The notes under the pieces were generated by a model that was given only the letters and a program-made list of their open reading frames with translations, did not search any database and was not told the origin of the DNA. From Corallochytrium limacisporum Hawaii (Eukaryota; Protista; Pluriformea), in assembly GCA_002811645.1 (NCBI GenBank), contig PDIP01000072.1, positions 1-64,000 of the forward strand: a DNA stretch of 64,000 bases, in the 5' to 3' direction. A program made the translations under genes and the position numbers. Each line of letters begins with the position of its first letter. The stretch's first letter is position 1. Shown here in pieces: positions 54,173 through 64,000 of this stretch.

Positions 54173-56218
54173 TTATATACTGTCATTCATGTGTGACTTG
54201 GGCATTGTGGCTGCACCACGAGCAGCATCGTCGGTTTCGAGGTCATCGCCGGGCTTTACTTCCAGATACCCACAATGCTCACTTTCGCGGTCCGAAATTG
54301 GGCGTCCTACTCCCTTGATGGTTGCATGGGGTACGTACTCAAAGGTGATGAGCACAGGAGTGTCGGGTTCAAGCTCGAAGCGCATGTACTCGTTGAAAAT
54401 TTCCTCGGGATCATTTGGATTGTTCAAGGTCCAATATCCCGTCACCGACATGCAGCTGGAGGTCTCAATGTTCGCACAATCGCGCTCGTATGGGTCATCT
54501 TGAGTGCCTTCCGTTGGAGATGCGTCATACCATCTGAGAGTACCGTCGGGATGGGCCACCTCAAAGTACGGAGCCTCCCCGTCGGGACGACAACGCTTCA
54601 AAATGAATACACGCACGCGCATGAGAATCTGTGTAGCGTTGAATCGGTATCTGCTTCTATCACAGATGCTTGGATGGCCCGAGGAGAAGATACCAAGGTC
54701 GCACCTGTTGTTCCCAGGGTACGTCAGCCGCAGTTCGAGGTCGTGATCCAGTCCATCGATGAGCATATCTGTCCCGCTCCCGGACCCACTGTCACCTGTG
54801 TACCCAAACCAACTAAAGCGCATCGCATGTTCACTCTGAAGATCGCTTCTTGGACAGATGCATTCCATTCTGCCGTGATCGAACACTGTGTCATTGGAAC
54901 CGAGTTCTCCAGCTTCAAGAGCCGGCCGAAGGGCAGTAACTGCCGAAGAGTGACGTCTCGCAAGAGTGCTGATCGCCAGCTTTGCTAACGCATGTAATAC
55001 CTGCTCAGATTTCATGCACTTCAATCTCGCAAAGTTGAGCGCATGGACAGTTTCAGAGTCATCTCTGGACTGACCCGTCCCGTAATTTGATGTGTGAAGA
55101 TACTCCGAGTGGGCCCCCCGAAGAACCTGTGTCCAGCGGACATGTTCACATATATAATCTACCCAACTGTCTACTAGCCTGCGATTTGCTTTTTTCAGAT
55201 CAGAGTTCCAATTCAACCGTCGATGCTCCTGGCACCAGATTCTTGAGACATGGGCTGGTGATACCTGGTATGTTTCATGGAAATACAAGCGGTTCTTACT
55301 GAAACATTCACTGTCACAGGCAGGTACACATTCAGACATCATCACCTCACATTCCATCCTGTGAACAAGGTCTACGAGAAAGTCAAGATCAGAGGTCACA
55401 GCCATTGCCGGCCGAGGATGACATTCGAATACTCCACTTCCTGGTCGAATGATGTCAGGCGAGCACCACATGTGACCAGGAGCTCTTGGAACCTCATTCC
55501 ACACATTGTGCAATGCAAACCAATGGCTACTGACCTTCAGGAACCTGTCCCTGAGGGCCCCGTACCTGGGCATGTAGGTTGGCATTTGGTGAACCAAACG
55601 GTTGGCGTCTGGAAACAACGCGTGGTCAAGGTTGTCGCACAGGAACTCGAGGCATTGCTTCAAGAGCTCTTCATGCCAAAATCCAATGCTCAAGGCAAAC
55701 AATGAAAGCACATTGTCTTTCGTGATCACGACATCTTTGTAGAGTGAAATTAAGGCACGCTCACAGACCGCGTCGGTAAACATACCAAACGCACTCAAAT
55801 ATCCTGTGATTCCCATGGTTAACGTATGACCGGACGATTTGTCAGATAAGAATCCCGCAATGGTCTTTGATTGGCGGATGATATGTCTATGTAAGTGTTT
55901 GCGAATCCGGACGACTACCCGGTCCTGGTCAATTTGCGGATTGTGGTCAACTTTGCAGCCCACAAAATTGTCTTCCGGGCGGTATACAATCATTTCTACC
56001 TCAATATCTGCACCTTCACCTTTGACGTACATGGACTCAAAAAGATAATTAGACGCAGAGCGGTTCTTCTTCCGTGGCGGGGATCTCCCGTAGTCCTCAT
56101 CGTCCACAAAGTGGGAACCACTTCCTCTATCCGTCGAGCCTGGCGAGATTCTCCGACGCTTACGCCCAGAGCCCGAAACGGCCTCGACAACTTTCTCAAT
56201 AAAGGTGGCAATCGGCAT
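54173..56218 (-). CDS. Germ cell-less (GCL/GMCL1)-like BTB protein
   Basis: NLS RKRRR. RKKNRSASNYLFESMYVKGEGADIEV...HLHRHIIRQS matches the GCL BTB entry 'KKLKSTSKYIYQTLFLNGENSDI...LHKIYLCQS'. BACK-like ITKDNVLSL...LLKQCLEFL follows. Confidence 0.65.
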   Translation of the reverse strand: MPIATFIEKVVEAVSGSGRKRRRISPGSTDRGSGSHFVDDEDYGRSPPRKKNRSASNYLFESMYVKGEGADIEVEMIVYRPEDNFVGCKVDHNPQIDQDRVVVRIRKHLHRHIIRQSKTIAGFLSDKSSGHTLTMGITGYLSAFGMFTDAVCERALISLYKDVVITKDNVLSLFALSIGFWHEELLKQCLEFLCDNLDHALFPDANRLVHQMPTYMPRYGALRDRFLKVSSHWFALHNVWNEVPRAPGHMWCSPDIIRPGSGVFECHPRPAMAVTSDLDFLVDLVHRMECEVMMSECVPACDSECFSKNRLYFHETYQVSPAHVSRIWCQEHRRLNWNSDLKKANRRLVDSWVDYICEHVRWTQVLRGAHSEYLHTSNYGTGQSRDDSETVHALNFARLKCMKSEQVLHALAKLAISTLARRHSSAVTALRPALEAGELGSNDTVFDHGRMECICPRSDLQSEHAMRFSWFGYTGDSGSGSGTDMLIDGLDHDLELRLTYPGNNRCDLGIFSSGHPSICDRSRYRFNATQILMRVRVFILKRCRPDGEAPYFEVAHPDGTLRWYDASPTEGTQDDPYERDCANIETSSCMSVTGYWTLNNPNDPEEIFNEYMRFELEPDTPVLITFEYVPHATIKGVGRPISDRESEHCGYLEVKPGDDLETDDAARGAATMPKSHMNDSI

Positions 56219-57258
56219 TTTGTTGGAATCACATGTTTCTGATTCTTTGTTTTTCCCCGGGGCAGAACCTGTGCGTTTTGAAATGAACACTCTCTACTCA
56301 CTGCGTCTATCACGGTGGTTGCTTCCCACTGCCAAGACAAGGAGTCTTTCGTATACCTTGAGATCACTTGGTTCTGTGCAGTCGGCTTGAGGACTGCTCG
56401 GGGTCTCAACAAGAGAAGGTGGAGATATCAGCAGGGATCTGACCCTGTTCCGGAGTCTCAATATCAACGAGTCCTGGCGGGGAAGCGACCCCTCTTTTTG
56501 CCCTACGCAACCGGTCCCTGACAGTGGAAAGTACCCTTGAACTGTACGCTGAGGCCCCGTCACCCCGCTGAGGGCACACTGGGGAGCGCAGACCGAACGC
56601 GGTGGTACCACCATTAGGAACCACCAAGTAACACAGCAAAAGGGCGCGAAAAGGGGACAAAAATATATAGGGGCCTAATTTTGTATTTGAAACAGTCGCG
56701 TCTTAGAACCCGCCCGCGGAGAAGGGGGAGGTGTGCGGGGAGGATGCAAGGCAATGGGGGGCAGAAATACTTGCTTCGCTTGCTGCAAATCGGTTCGAAA
56801 CGCGGTCTTGCTACCCGTGCCTTGCCGTGCAACGAATACACCATCGCACAGGGGTTCCAAGTAGAAACCCATCAATCCGATATGTCACCCCATGAGCCAG
56901 CCCGTCAAACCCTTGTTGCAAAACCTCGAACGGTTTTTTCTTCCAAACTGGTGTGCCCTCATGTACGGAGTGCGTACAATTTTGTATACCGACTATCCTG
57001 AACTCTGCCACCCCGCTTCTCTCCTGCCTCCTCGGTCTCGTTAGCCTAAGCCACATTGGCACAAGCGGGCAGGCATCGGTGGAACAAAACCCGAGGTATA
57101 TGAGTGCTGATGAGCTCCTTAAAGAAATTGTGCGGTGAATTGCACATTTTAATTTTTGTACATTGAATAATATCTGGTTAAAATTTGTCCTTTGATCAAA
57201 CTCCACAAAGGAGAATGTAAGTGTATACTACGAAGCAGCACACAACCACAACACAAGG

Positions 57259-59205
57259 ATGACCACTCCGCGCGGAGACGGAACTGCGGAGGCCCTGGTC
57301 AAGGCTATCGCTGACCGTGGTTCGTTGGGTACAGCAAAGCAGCTGGGAGAGCTGACAAAGGGTCTTAAGGCCCAAGGTCTGACGGAGAGTGCCATCTGCA
57401 CCGCTGTGGTACGGTCCGTGCTCCAGTCCGGGGCGCTCATACCAGCAAAGGGAGGATCCATGGATGTGGCCACAGAACGGTTAAAAGATCTCATGCATAC
57501 GTTAGATGGAGCCATTCAGGACGACATTATTGGACCACGGGACATGTTTGATATGTTTGAGGATGCCTTTGAGACTTCGACTCTAGAGTTCAACAAACGG
57601 ATATTCACGGTACTGGCTGAGAATACAAATCTGTGGGCATCGCAGACGTACTATGCCAGAGGCAAGTTACCACTACTGCGTATGTGCAATCAACTGCTCA
57701 AGCGATTGAGTCGGAGCCTGGACAATGTTTACAGTGGTCGAATTCTCACCTTCCTGGCACATCTGTACCCCCTGAGCGAGAAATCGGGGCTGAACTTGAC
57801 CGGCGCGTTCTCTGAGGACGCCCAACTGGTTACGTTAGATGGCGATGTAGATGACGGTGACGAAGATATGGACGCGGGAAATGGACATGCAGGGCCGTCA
57901 GCAGACCAGAATGGGACGGGTGCTGAAACTGGCGAAGTTGCAGCGGTGGACAGCACAGGAGATGCTGTCGGCGACTTTCATCGCAGCTTTTGGGACCTTC
58001 AGACCTACCTGCTGGACCCCCGGAAAGTGTACGAGAGCGAGAAAGACTGGGAACGTTTCAAGGCACGCATTGAGATCGTCTTGGAGGCTTTCTCTACCGG
58101 AGCAGCTGTGGTGGCCAGTGGTGCGGAAGTGAAGGGTGAAGATGACGAGCAGATGGACACCGATGCTGTGGTTTCCGGCCGGGATGAAGACGGTGGCGAT
58201 TTGTACTTCCCCAAACACTTAACTTCAGGATCATTGATGACGATGCAGCTGAAGGATACCCATTTTCGTCGTCAAATTTGCGTGCAGTTACTTATCGCCT
58301 TCCAATATTTGAAAGCGAATGTCAAGTTCAAGACTCCTGAGCAGCACTTGAAGCCACAGCAGGAGAACTTTATTGATGCCTGCATACCCAAGGTCCATGA
58401 CGTTATTGCGAAGACCCCTCCTGATGGCAAGCGTTTCCTGCGCTCCATTAAGTATCTTTTGGCTAACGAAGAGTTCTGGAGCAGCTGGAAGAACAATGGC
58501 TGTCCGTCATTTGAAAGGGAGCCCGTGACAGTGGACGCAAGTGTGTACTTCAAGGGTCAGGAGCCCATCTGGGAGTCGCTGGCACGCACCATGGGTGTGG
58601 AGGATCCGGACAAGTCCATCGACATGGGAGATCCCGAGCTTACACGTCTGTGGAACCTGCAGGTTGACCTCAAAGACCCCACACGGGGCCATGTACCAAA
58701 CAGCTCTGAGATCTTCGAAGAGCTCGTAGAGCAGGAGGATCCCGATGCCGGCATCGAGGAGACGTACTTGGTTATCAAGAATCCAATGGTCCGCTTCCGA
58801 GCCCTTCGCTTGCTGTTACGAAACCGTTTGGACCTATTCTGCCGCAAAGAATTGTTCGATAATGGCTACAGGGACGCTCCGAAAGAGGCCTCCGAGACCC
58901 GGGCTAAGGTGCGTAGGACCACTCTGAAGGATGCTCGAGCCATGTTCCATGCCATGTGGGAGGAAGAGAATCCAGAGGAGGCAGCAGCTGCTACAGCTGC
59001 TACTGGTGCATCGGGTGAAAGTGAAATGAAACAGAGCGAAGAGTCTGAGCCGCCGTCCCAAGGTGTCAAGAGGCCTCGAGACGAAGCGGAAGCAGACTTT
59101 GAAAGTGCAGCAGATGAAGCTGAACCGGCCGCCGCTGCTGCCGCTGCTGTCGCTGCAGTAGTGGAAAGTGAGGAACCGAGTGCGAAGCGGGTCAGGACTG
59201 AATAA
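57259..59205 (+). CDS. THOC1: THO complex subunit 1 (THOC1/Hpr1)
   Basis: LLRMCNQLLKRLSRS, GRILTFLAHLYPLSEKSGLN, FWDLQ, YFPKHLTS, FRRQICVQ, WSSWKNNGCP and MGDPELTRLW. Confidence 0.95.
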   Translation: MTTPRGDGTAEALVKAIADRGSLGTAKQLGELTKGLKAQGLTESAICTAVVRSVLQSGALIPAKGGSMDVATERLKDLMHTLDGAIQDDIIGPRDMFDMFEDAFETSTLEFNKRIFTVLAENTNLWASQTYYARGKLPLLRMCNQLLKRLSRSLDNVYSGRILTFLAHLYPLSEKSGLNLTGAFSEDAQLVTLDGDVDDGDEDMDAGNGHAGPSADQNGTGAETGEVAAVDSTGDAVGDFHRSFWDLQTYLLDPRKVYESEKDWERFKARIEIVLEAFSTGAAVVASGAEVKGEDDEQMDTDAVVSGRDEDGGDLYFPKHLTSGSLMTMQLKDTHFRRQICVQLLIAFQYLKANVKFKTPEQHLKPQQENFIDACIPKVHDVIAKTPPDGKRFLRSIKYLLANEEFWSSWKNNGCPSFEREPVTVDASVYFKGQEPIWESLARTMGVEDPDKSIDMGDPELTRLWNLQVDLKDPTRGHVPNSSEIFEELVEQEDPDAGIEETYLVIKNPMVRFRALRLLLRNRLDLFCRKELFDNGYRDAPKEASETRAKVRRTTLKDARAMFHAMWEEENPEEAAAATAATGASGESEMKQSEESEPPSQGVKRPRDEAEADFESAADEAEPAAAAAAAVAAVVESEEPSAKRVRTE

Positions 59206-60279
59206 GGGCCCAGCTGCCGAAGTGTTGCCATGCAATTTGCTAGACCCTTGCACCAAATCGTGGCATCAGAAGTGGCTGAAAATCCGGATGCCCCGGCCCC
59301 TGTCCATTAGCCGGCCTCTTCCTCGGTGAACCACCGTAATCATCCCGAGGACAAAGGACCGCCTGAAAAAAAAGAGCAAGGATGTGCCAATTGACCTGCA
59401 GAATCCTTGGCGTTGCGATGGAGGGTTTCTGCCGCCCATTATCCTGCCCCATTTAGGCATGCTGAGCGCCTTTGCTGTTCATCGTATTGGCAAAAAAGAT
59501 GGTGGGGTACAGAAAGCGTTTGTGAACTTTTGAGGGCGAAACAGACCTGTGTGTCGCTGTACAACTATGCACAAGTTACGAGCGCTTGGGCCATGGCTTA
59601 AACCATCTCTCAGCCATGGTTAACCAGGGCATCAAAACTCCCTCAGTGCAGATCTTCTGCTGACGGGTGATGTTTAAAGCCTCCTGCATCTCCATCATGG
59701 AAACATTGTCCGTGCCGCACCGTAGCCGGCAGGCAAGCTCGGGATATCATCAGCTGAATACATAGATTACCAACCGCCTAGTGAATAAGTACACCTATCT
59801 GAGGCAATGAAACGAATCGGCTCTCAAGATCGAGCAGGGAGCACCGCCACAAGGCGCCGAAGCCCCTCCCGTAACCAACACCCACGGGGCACCCGCCGGC
59901 TGGCCCGCTGGAGGGAGGGGGAGGGAGGCGATTTGCATTGTGCGCCGAAGGCTTTTACATTTTTGCAGGTACGCACACTGCGGGTTCCCAGCTGCCTCCC
60001 ACTTACTTGACCACCAATCTCACTGTGCTCGGCGGACTGGTGCCCCACTGACCACTTGCACCTGGTGTGCACACATCCACCGGTCGGCCAAGCGATGCTG
60101 GTATAGATTCACTTCACCATGGCATACTGGTGGATCATGGGGGTTTGTAGCACCGCCCACGGCACGAGAACTGGGCCCCATCTGAAGAAAAACATCAATC
60201 TCCCGGTTCTGATACGGAGTTGTCCTGATCAGTGTGCTGCCCCAAAACCCATCCATCAAAACACCGCCCCACCCTCCCA

Positions 60280-60632
60280 CTTCCCTCTCACGGACAAACA
60301 ACACACACGCATCCCTTGCCTTTGTCCGCTTGGCTTTATATATCCCCCCCCCCCGGTGGCCGGGAGCCTTCCTTTCCCGCTCCGGGGGAAGGGTGTTCCT
60401 CTCGGTTTTGGTGACCCCTCTCTCCCGGGAGATGGAGGCGCAAAGGAAGGGTACCCAACGGGCACACGACCCCTCTCCCTTATTTTTTTTTCTTTGTTTT
60501 TGGCTCGCCTCCTCCTGCCCTTTAGGCGCCCCCCCCCCCCCTTCCCTCTCACGGACAAACAACACACACGCATCCCTTGCCTTTGTCCGCTTGGCTTTAT
60601 ATATCCCCCCCCCCCCGGTGGCCGGGAGCCTT
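60280..60632. repeat. ~91-bp direct repeat (60280-60370 and 60541-60632)
   Basis: CTTCCCTCTCACGGACAAAC...GGCCGGGAGCCTT occurs twice, differing only in poly-C length. Confidence 0.9.
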
Positions 60633-62405
60633 TTTTTTTTTTTTTTTTTTGGGGCCCCCCCCCCCCCCCCTTGGGGGCCCCCCCCCCCCGGGTCCCTTCT
60701 TTCTGCCAAACACACACACACACACACCGACCGTCCGTACGCGGTTTGTTTACCACCCTTTTTTCCAAGGGGCCGTCTTTTCCTTTTCTTTTGATTTTTT
60801 TTTCTGGGGTCCTGGGCGTATTTTCTTTTTTTATTTGGGCGGCCCTTTATTGTTTTTACGGATATTTTTTTTTTCTTTTTGCCTATGCCTCCCATCGCCT
60901 CTCTCCCAACTTTGCCCGCCGGTACTCCGCCCGCCCCGCCGCCCAGCTTTTTTTCATTGTTCCCGGGAAAGAAGGGGGGATCTCCCTCTCTCTCCCTCTC
61001 TCTCTCTCGCTGTCGCGGAAATTAGACTCCCAAATCTCCGGTACAGGCTCCGTACCTAATTGCCCTCCGCCCCACCCGCAGCAGCCACCGCCCTGTTTGT
61101 TGCGCACTCCTACTCTAAAAATAAAAAAATAGATCCCCCTTCCCCGACCTCAGGTTTTTCTCACACCAGAACACCGAACCGTTGGGTGAGACGGAACCCC
61201 ACCACCACCAAACCTCCCCTCCCCCCCCCTCACTCCGCTCCCTTTACCTTCTCTCCCGTCCCTCTCTCTCTGGCCTGACACGCATACATTAGCTACCGAG
61301 CGATGAACGTCGGGGGAGTGGAGGTTGCCTGAACCCCTCCTCCTTCCCTGCCTCCCTCTTTCTGATACGCGCGGGGATATTCTCGGTTGAGCTCTTGGTT
61401 TCGGCCGTTCAGTCTTTTTAGCCCGTCTTGGGCGCATGTGTGTGTGTGTTTTGTGTGTTTTCTTCTTTCCTTTTCTTTCTTTTGGTGCTATTTTATCTTG
61501 CTCTCTCTCTCTCTCTCTCTCTCTCTTCCCGTTCTTTTTTTAGTTTTGTTGTTGTTGTTGATGATAAGAACCGGACGGTGGTAAAGGGGAGAAGGAAGGG
61601 AGGGGGGGGCGGGGGTTTAGAAAAAAGGGGGTTTGCTGAACCATATCGTTTTCGCCCTGTTGTGTAGTTTACCTGAAACATAACCCTCCCTCTCGCTCTT
61701 CTCTCTCTCTCTCTCTTTTGACATTTCCCGCTACCCAGAAGGGGGAGAGGCGGGGGATATTTTTGGCACTTGCCACTGTTGCTCCTACCCGAACGTCACA
61801 AGCAACGTTGTCTTAGTATAAATCCTTCGGTATCAAAACACATCACTCCAGCAGCACACACGGAACCGTTCTTTGCGAACCCCCCCCGGGGGGGGGGTAC
61901 GGAGAGTTTTTGTCTTCGAAAGGCGACGCGGAGCCCAGGCTCCCCTTTTGCCTTGCTTCCCTTTTTCATTTGTTTGTTGTCTCAAACGTTCCATACTCAA
62001 TGTACTGTACCCGGGGACAGGTCCCCCCCCCCCAACCAGCACTCTCCGTTCTGTGCCTCTCTCTCTCTCTCCCGGTGGCGGCCGAGCTTCCGTCATCGCT
62101 GGCTGGAGCTTTGGCTTTTGGGGACCCGGCCAAAACAAAAAAGAAATTGGGCGGATTACCTCACAGCCACTCTCTTCCCCCCTTTTCCTTGGCCCGGTTG
62201 GCACGGAACCCGCCAATTAAAGAAAAGGGGAGAAAACAAAAACCGGGACAAAAAATAACCTGCAACAATCCTTCACGAACAAAAGTAGACCGACCACCAA
62301 GCTGGGCACTACACACTGAGACAACCCCCCCAAAAATTCCCAGCCCGACACAGCGGGGGGGGGCCAGGGGGGTGTCCCTGGGCGAGAAGGCTTAACCACC
62401 CACCC

Positions 62406-62584
62406 NNNNNNNNNNNNNNNNNNNNNNNNNNNNNNNNNNNNNNNNNNNNNNNNNNNNNNNNNNNNNNNNNNNNNNNNNNNNNNNNNNNNNNNNNNNNNNN
62501 NNNNNNNNNNNNNNNNNNNNNNNNNNNNNNNNNNNNNNNNNNNNNNNNNNNNNNNNNNNNNNNNNNNNNNNNNNNNNNNNNNNN
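62406..62584. other. Assembly gap (N run)
   Basis: Run of N in low-complexity sequence. Confidence 1.
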
Positions 62585-63865
62585 CCTCCCGCCTCCTCCT
62601 CCCTTCCCTCTCTCCCTTTCCCGGCCGCCCCGCTGGGAAGGGGGGGTTTCCTTTGCGGGCGTTGGAGACGGAGCGCCACCTCGGAATGGAACTGCGGCAC
62701 GCTGCCACAGTCACCGAAAGCAAGCGGCAATGAATGAATTTTACAATTATCATAGAAATTTATGATATACAATCTCAATAGTAAGATAAGAATAAGCCGC
62801 TTTGGGGAGGAGTCGTGGGACTTCGTGCCCACTGCCAGCCGCCAGGCGGGCCTAAAAAAATTGAACCCCCAACCCAACCCAACCCTGCCCCGGGAACGGA
62901 GGAGGCTGACTTCCAGCCAAAGCGAAGCGGGGCACCGCAAAACGGTAAAAAAAAAAAAACAAAAAGAAAAAAAAAAGGAAAAAAAAGTCTTGGGGCGGTC
63001 GGTCGGTGGTTGGGTTGGTTGGGAAGTGGTTTGGTGGGTTTTACGGGGTAAGGTAGGTTTTGGGTGTTCGCGGGTGCTGGCTGGCTGGCACGGCTGTGTG
63101 TGTGTGTGCGTGCGGTTGGGTCCCCCCCCCCGTTCTCTCTCCCTTGGCTGGTCACCAAAGCGGGTTGGAGCCCTATCCCAAACTTCCGCTTTCTTTGGCC
63201 TTTAGCCCCCTTTTATTTGCCCTGCCCCCTCTACCTCTCCCTATTCTTTTTTGGGTGTGTGTATAATTCCTTTCATTTTTATTTTTGTTGTTGTGTTGCG
63301 GGTTGTTGGGTGGTGGTGCATTGTTGGATCATGTGGATCAGTGCGTACCTTTGTCCGCTACCTTCGAAGCTGGGGCCCCCATTTTTTTTTGTTGGTCCCA
63401 GTTTTTGCAGCGGTGGTTGATCCGATGCGATCCGTTTTGGTTCGATAGGTTAACTGCCCAGACTTTACGTCTCAAGTGTTTACACTCCACTCCGGTTGGC
63501 CAGTAGCAAAAGCACCGGGTAGGTGCGCTCTGACACCGTCAACAGTCGACGGCGACGACACACTTGTCTTGTGCTTGGTCCTCAGCATAACATTCGATGC
63601 AATGTCTCCAGATCTTTGCTGCTTCTCACAACGTGTCTTTGGCACCGTAGGTTATCTTCGGATCCCTTCCGTCGGAATCAAGTACGTACGGACCCCAGTT
63701 GGGTACTTGACGCAGACCGGCAAGATACCCTACGGCCTGTCCCCGGCCACCTCTATGTGACCATAAAACAAAAAGGACTTTAGAGCTCCCTTTTGTTTTT
63801 TTGTTTTAACATTTCTCGATCTTAGCACCTTAGTGTATCACTTCATTTCCTTTGCAACAGCAACC

Positions 63866-64000
63866 ATGGCTCCCCCTAAGTACGGCGATCTCGGCAAGGC
63901 TGCCAAGGATCTGTTTGGCAAGCAGTACAACCCCGGTGAGGCCAAGCTTGAGCTGAACACCCAGACCAGCCAGGGTGTCGGCATCAAGTCCAACGGTTCC
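63866..64000 (+). CDS. VDAC: Voltage-dependent anion channel (mitochondrial porin), 5' partial
   Basis: Not in the ORF track. ATG at 63866 reads MAPPKYGDLGKAAKDLFGKQYNPGEAKLELNTQTSQGVGIKSNGS, the classic VDAC N-terminus. Confidence 0.93.
   Translation, partial: MAPPKYGDLGKAAKDLFGKQYNPGEAKLELNTQTSQGVGIKSNGS

Noticed and set aside
1-64000. CRISPR arrays, prokaryotic operons or an alternative genetic code
   Set aside because: There are no spaced direct-repeat arrays. The genes are eukaryotic and end with TAA, TAG and TGA normally.

Overview
Left end of a eukaryotic chromosome. It opens with a short CCCTAA/CCTAA (TTAGGG-type) telomere remnant. Next is a ~9 kb subtelomeric zone of small secreted/membrane genes and a possible decayed retroelement, followed by a compact run of about 20 housekeeping-type genes that are all single uninterrupted ORFs (even the 1869-aa UGGT). 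Recognisable genes: fibro-slime/PA14 protein, FATP acyl-CoA synthetase, ankyrin protein, cNMP-domain/carrier-like fusion, C2-VASt and SMP-C2 lipid-transfer proteins, METTL18/Hpm1-type methyltransferase, homocitrate synthase, UGGT, ALDH3, CDGSH-glutamate-synthase fusion, pirin, NC2-beta, two tandem ABM proteins, RPS17, germ cell-less-like BTB protein, THOC1 and the start of VDAC. TTAGGG telomeres, near-absence of introns, an alpha-aminoadipate lysine enzyme and animal-like nuclear proteins suggest a unicellular holozoan such as Corallochytrium (inference, not verified). Best leads: (1) a LAP1/LULL1-like Torsin-activator architecture plus a possible CLCC1-like neighbour; (2) a mitochondria-targeted homocitrate synthase with Asn at the lysine-feedback Asp; (3) a bacterial-type CDGSH-glutamate synthase with an added presequence, beside pirin and ABM genes; (4) a cNMP-domain/carrier fusion; (5) subtelomeric small peptides (a six-Cys defensin-like prepropeptide and a 9-residue-repeat protein). 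All homology calls are by eye, from remembered family motifs. Two ~180-N gaps and homopolymer-rich tracts mean local sequence errors are possible.
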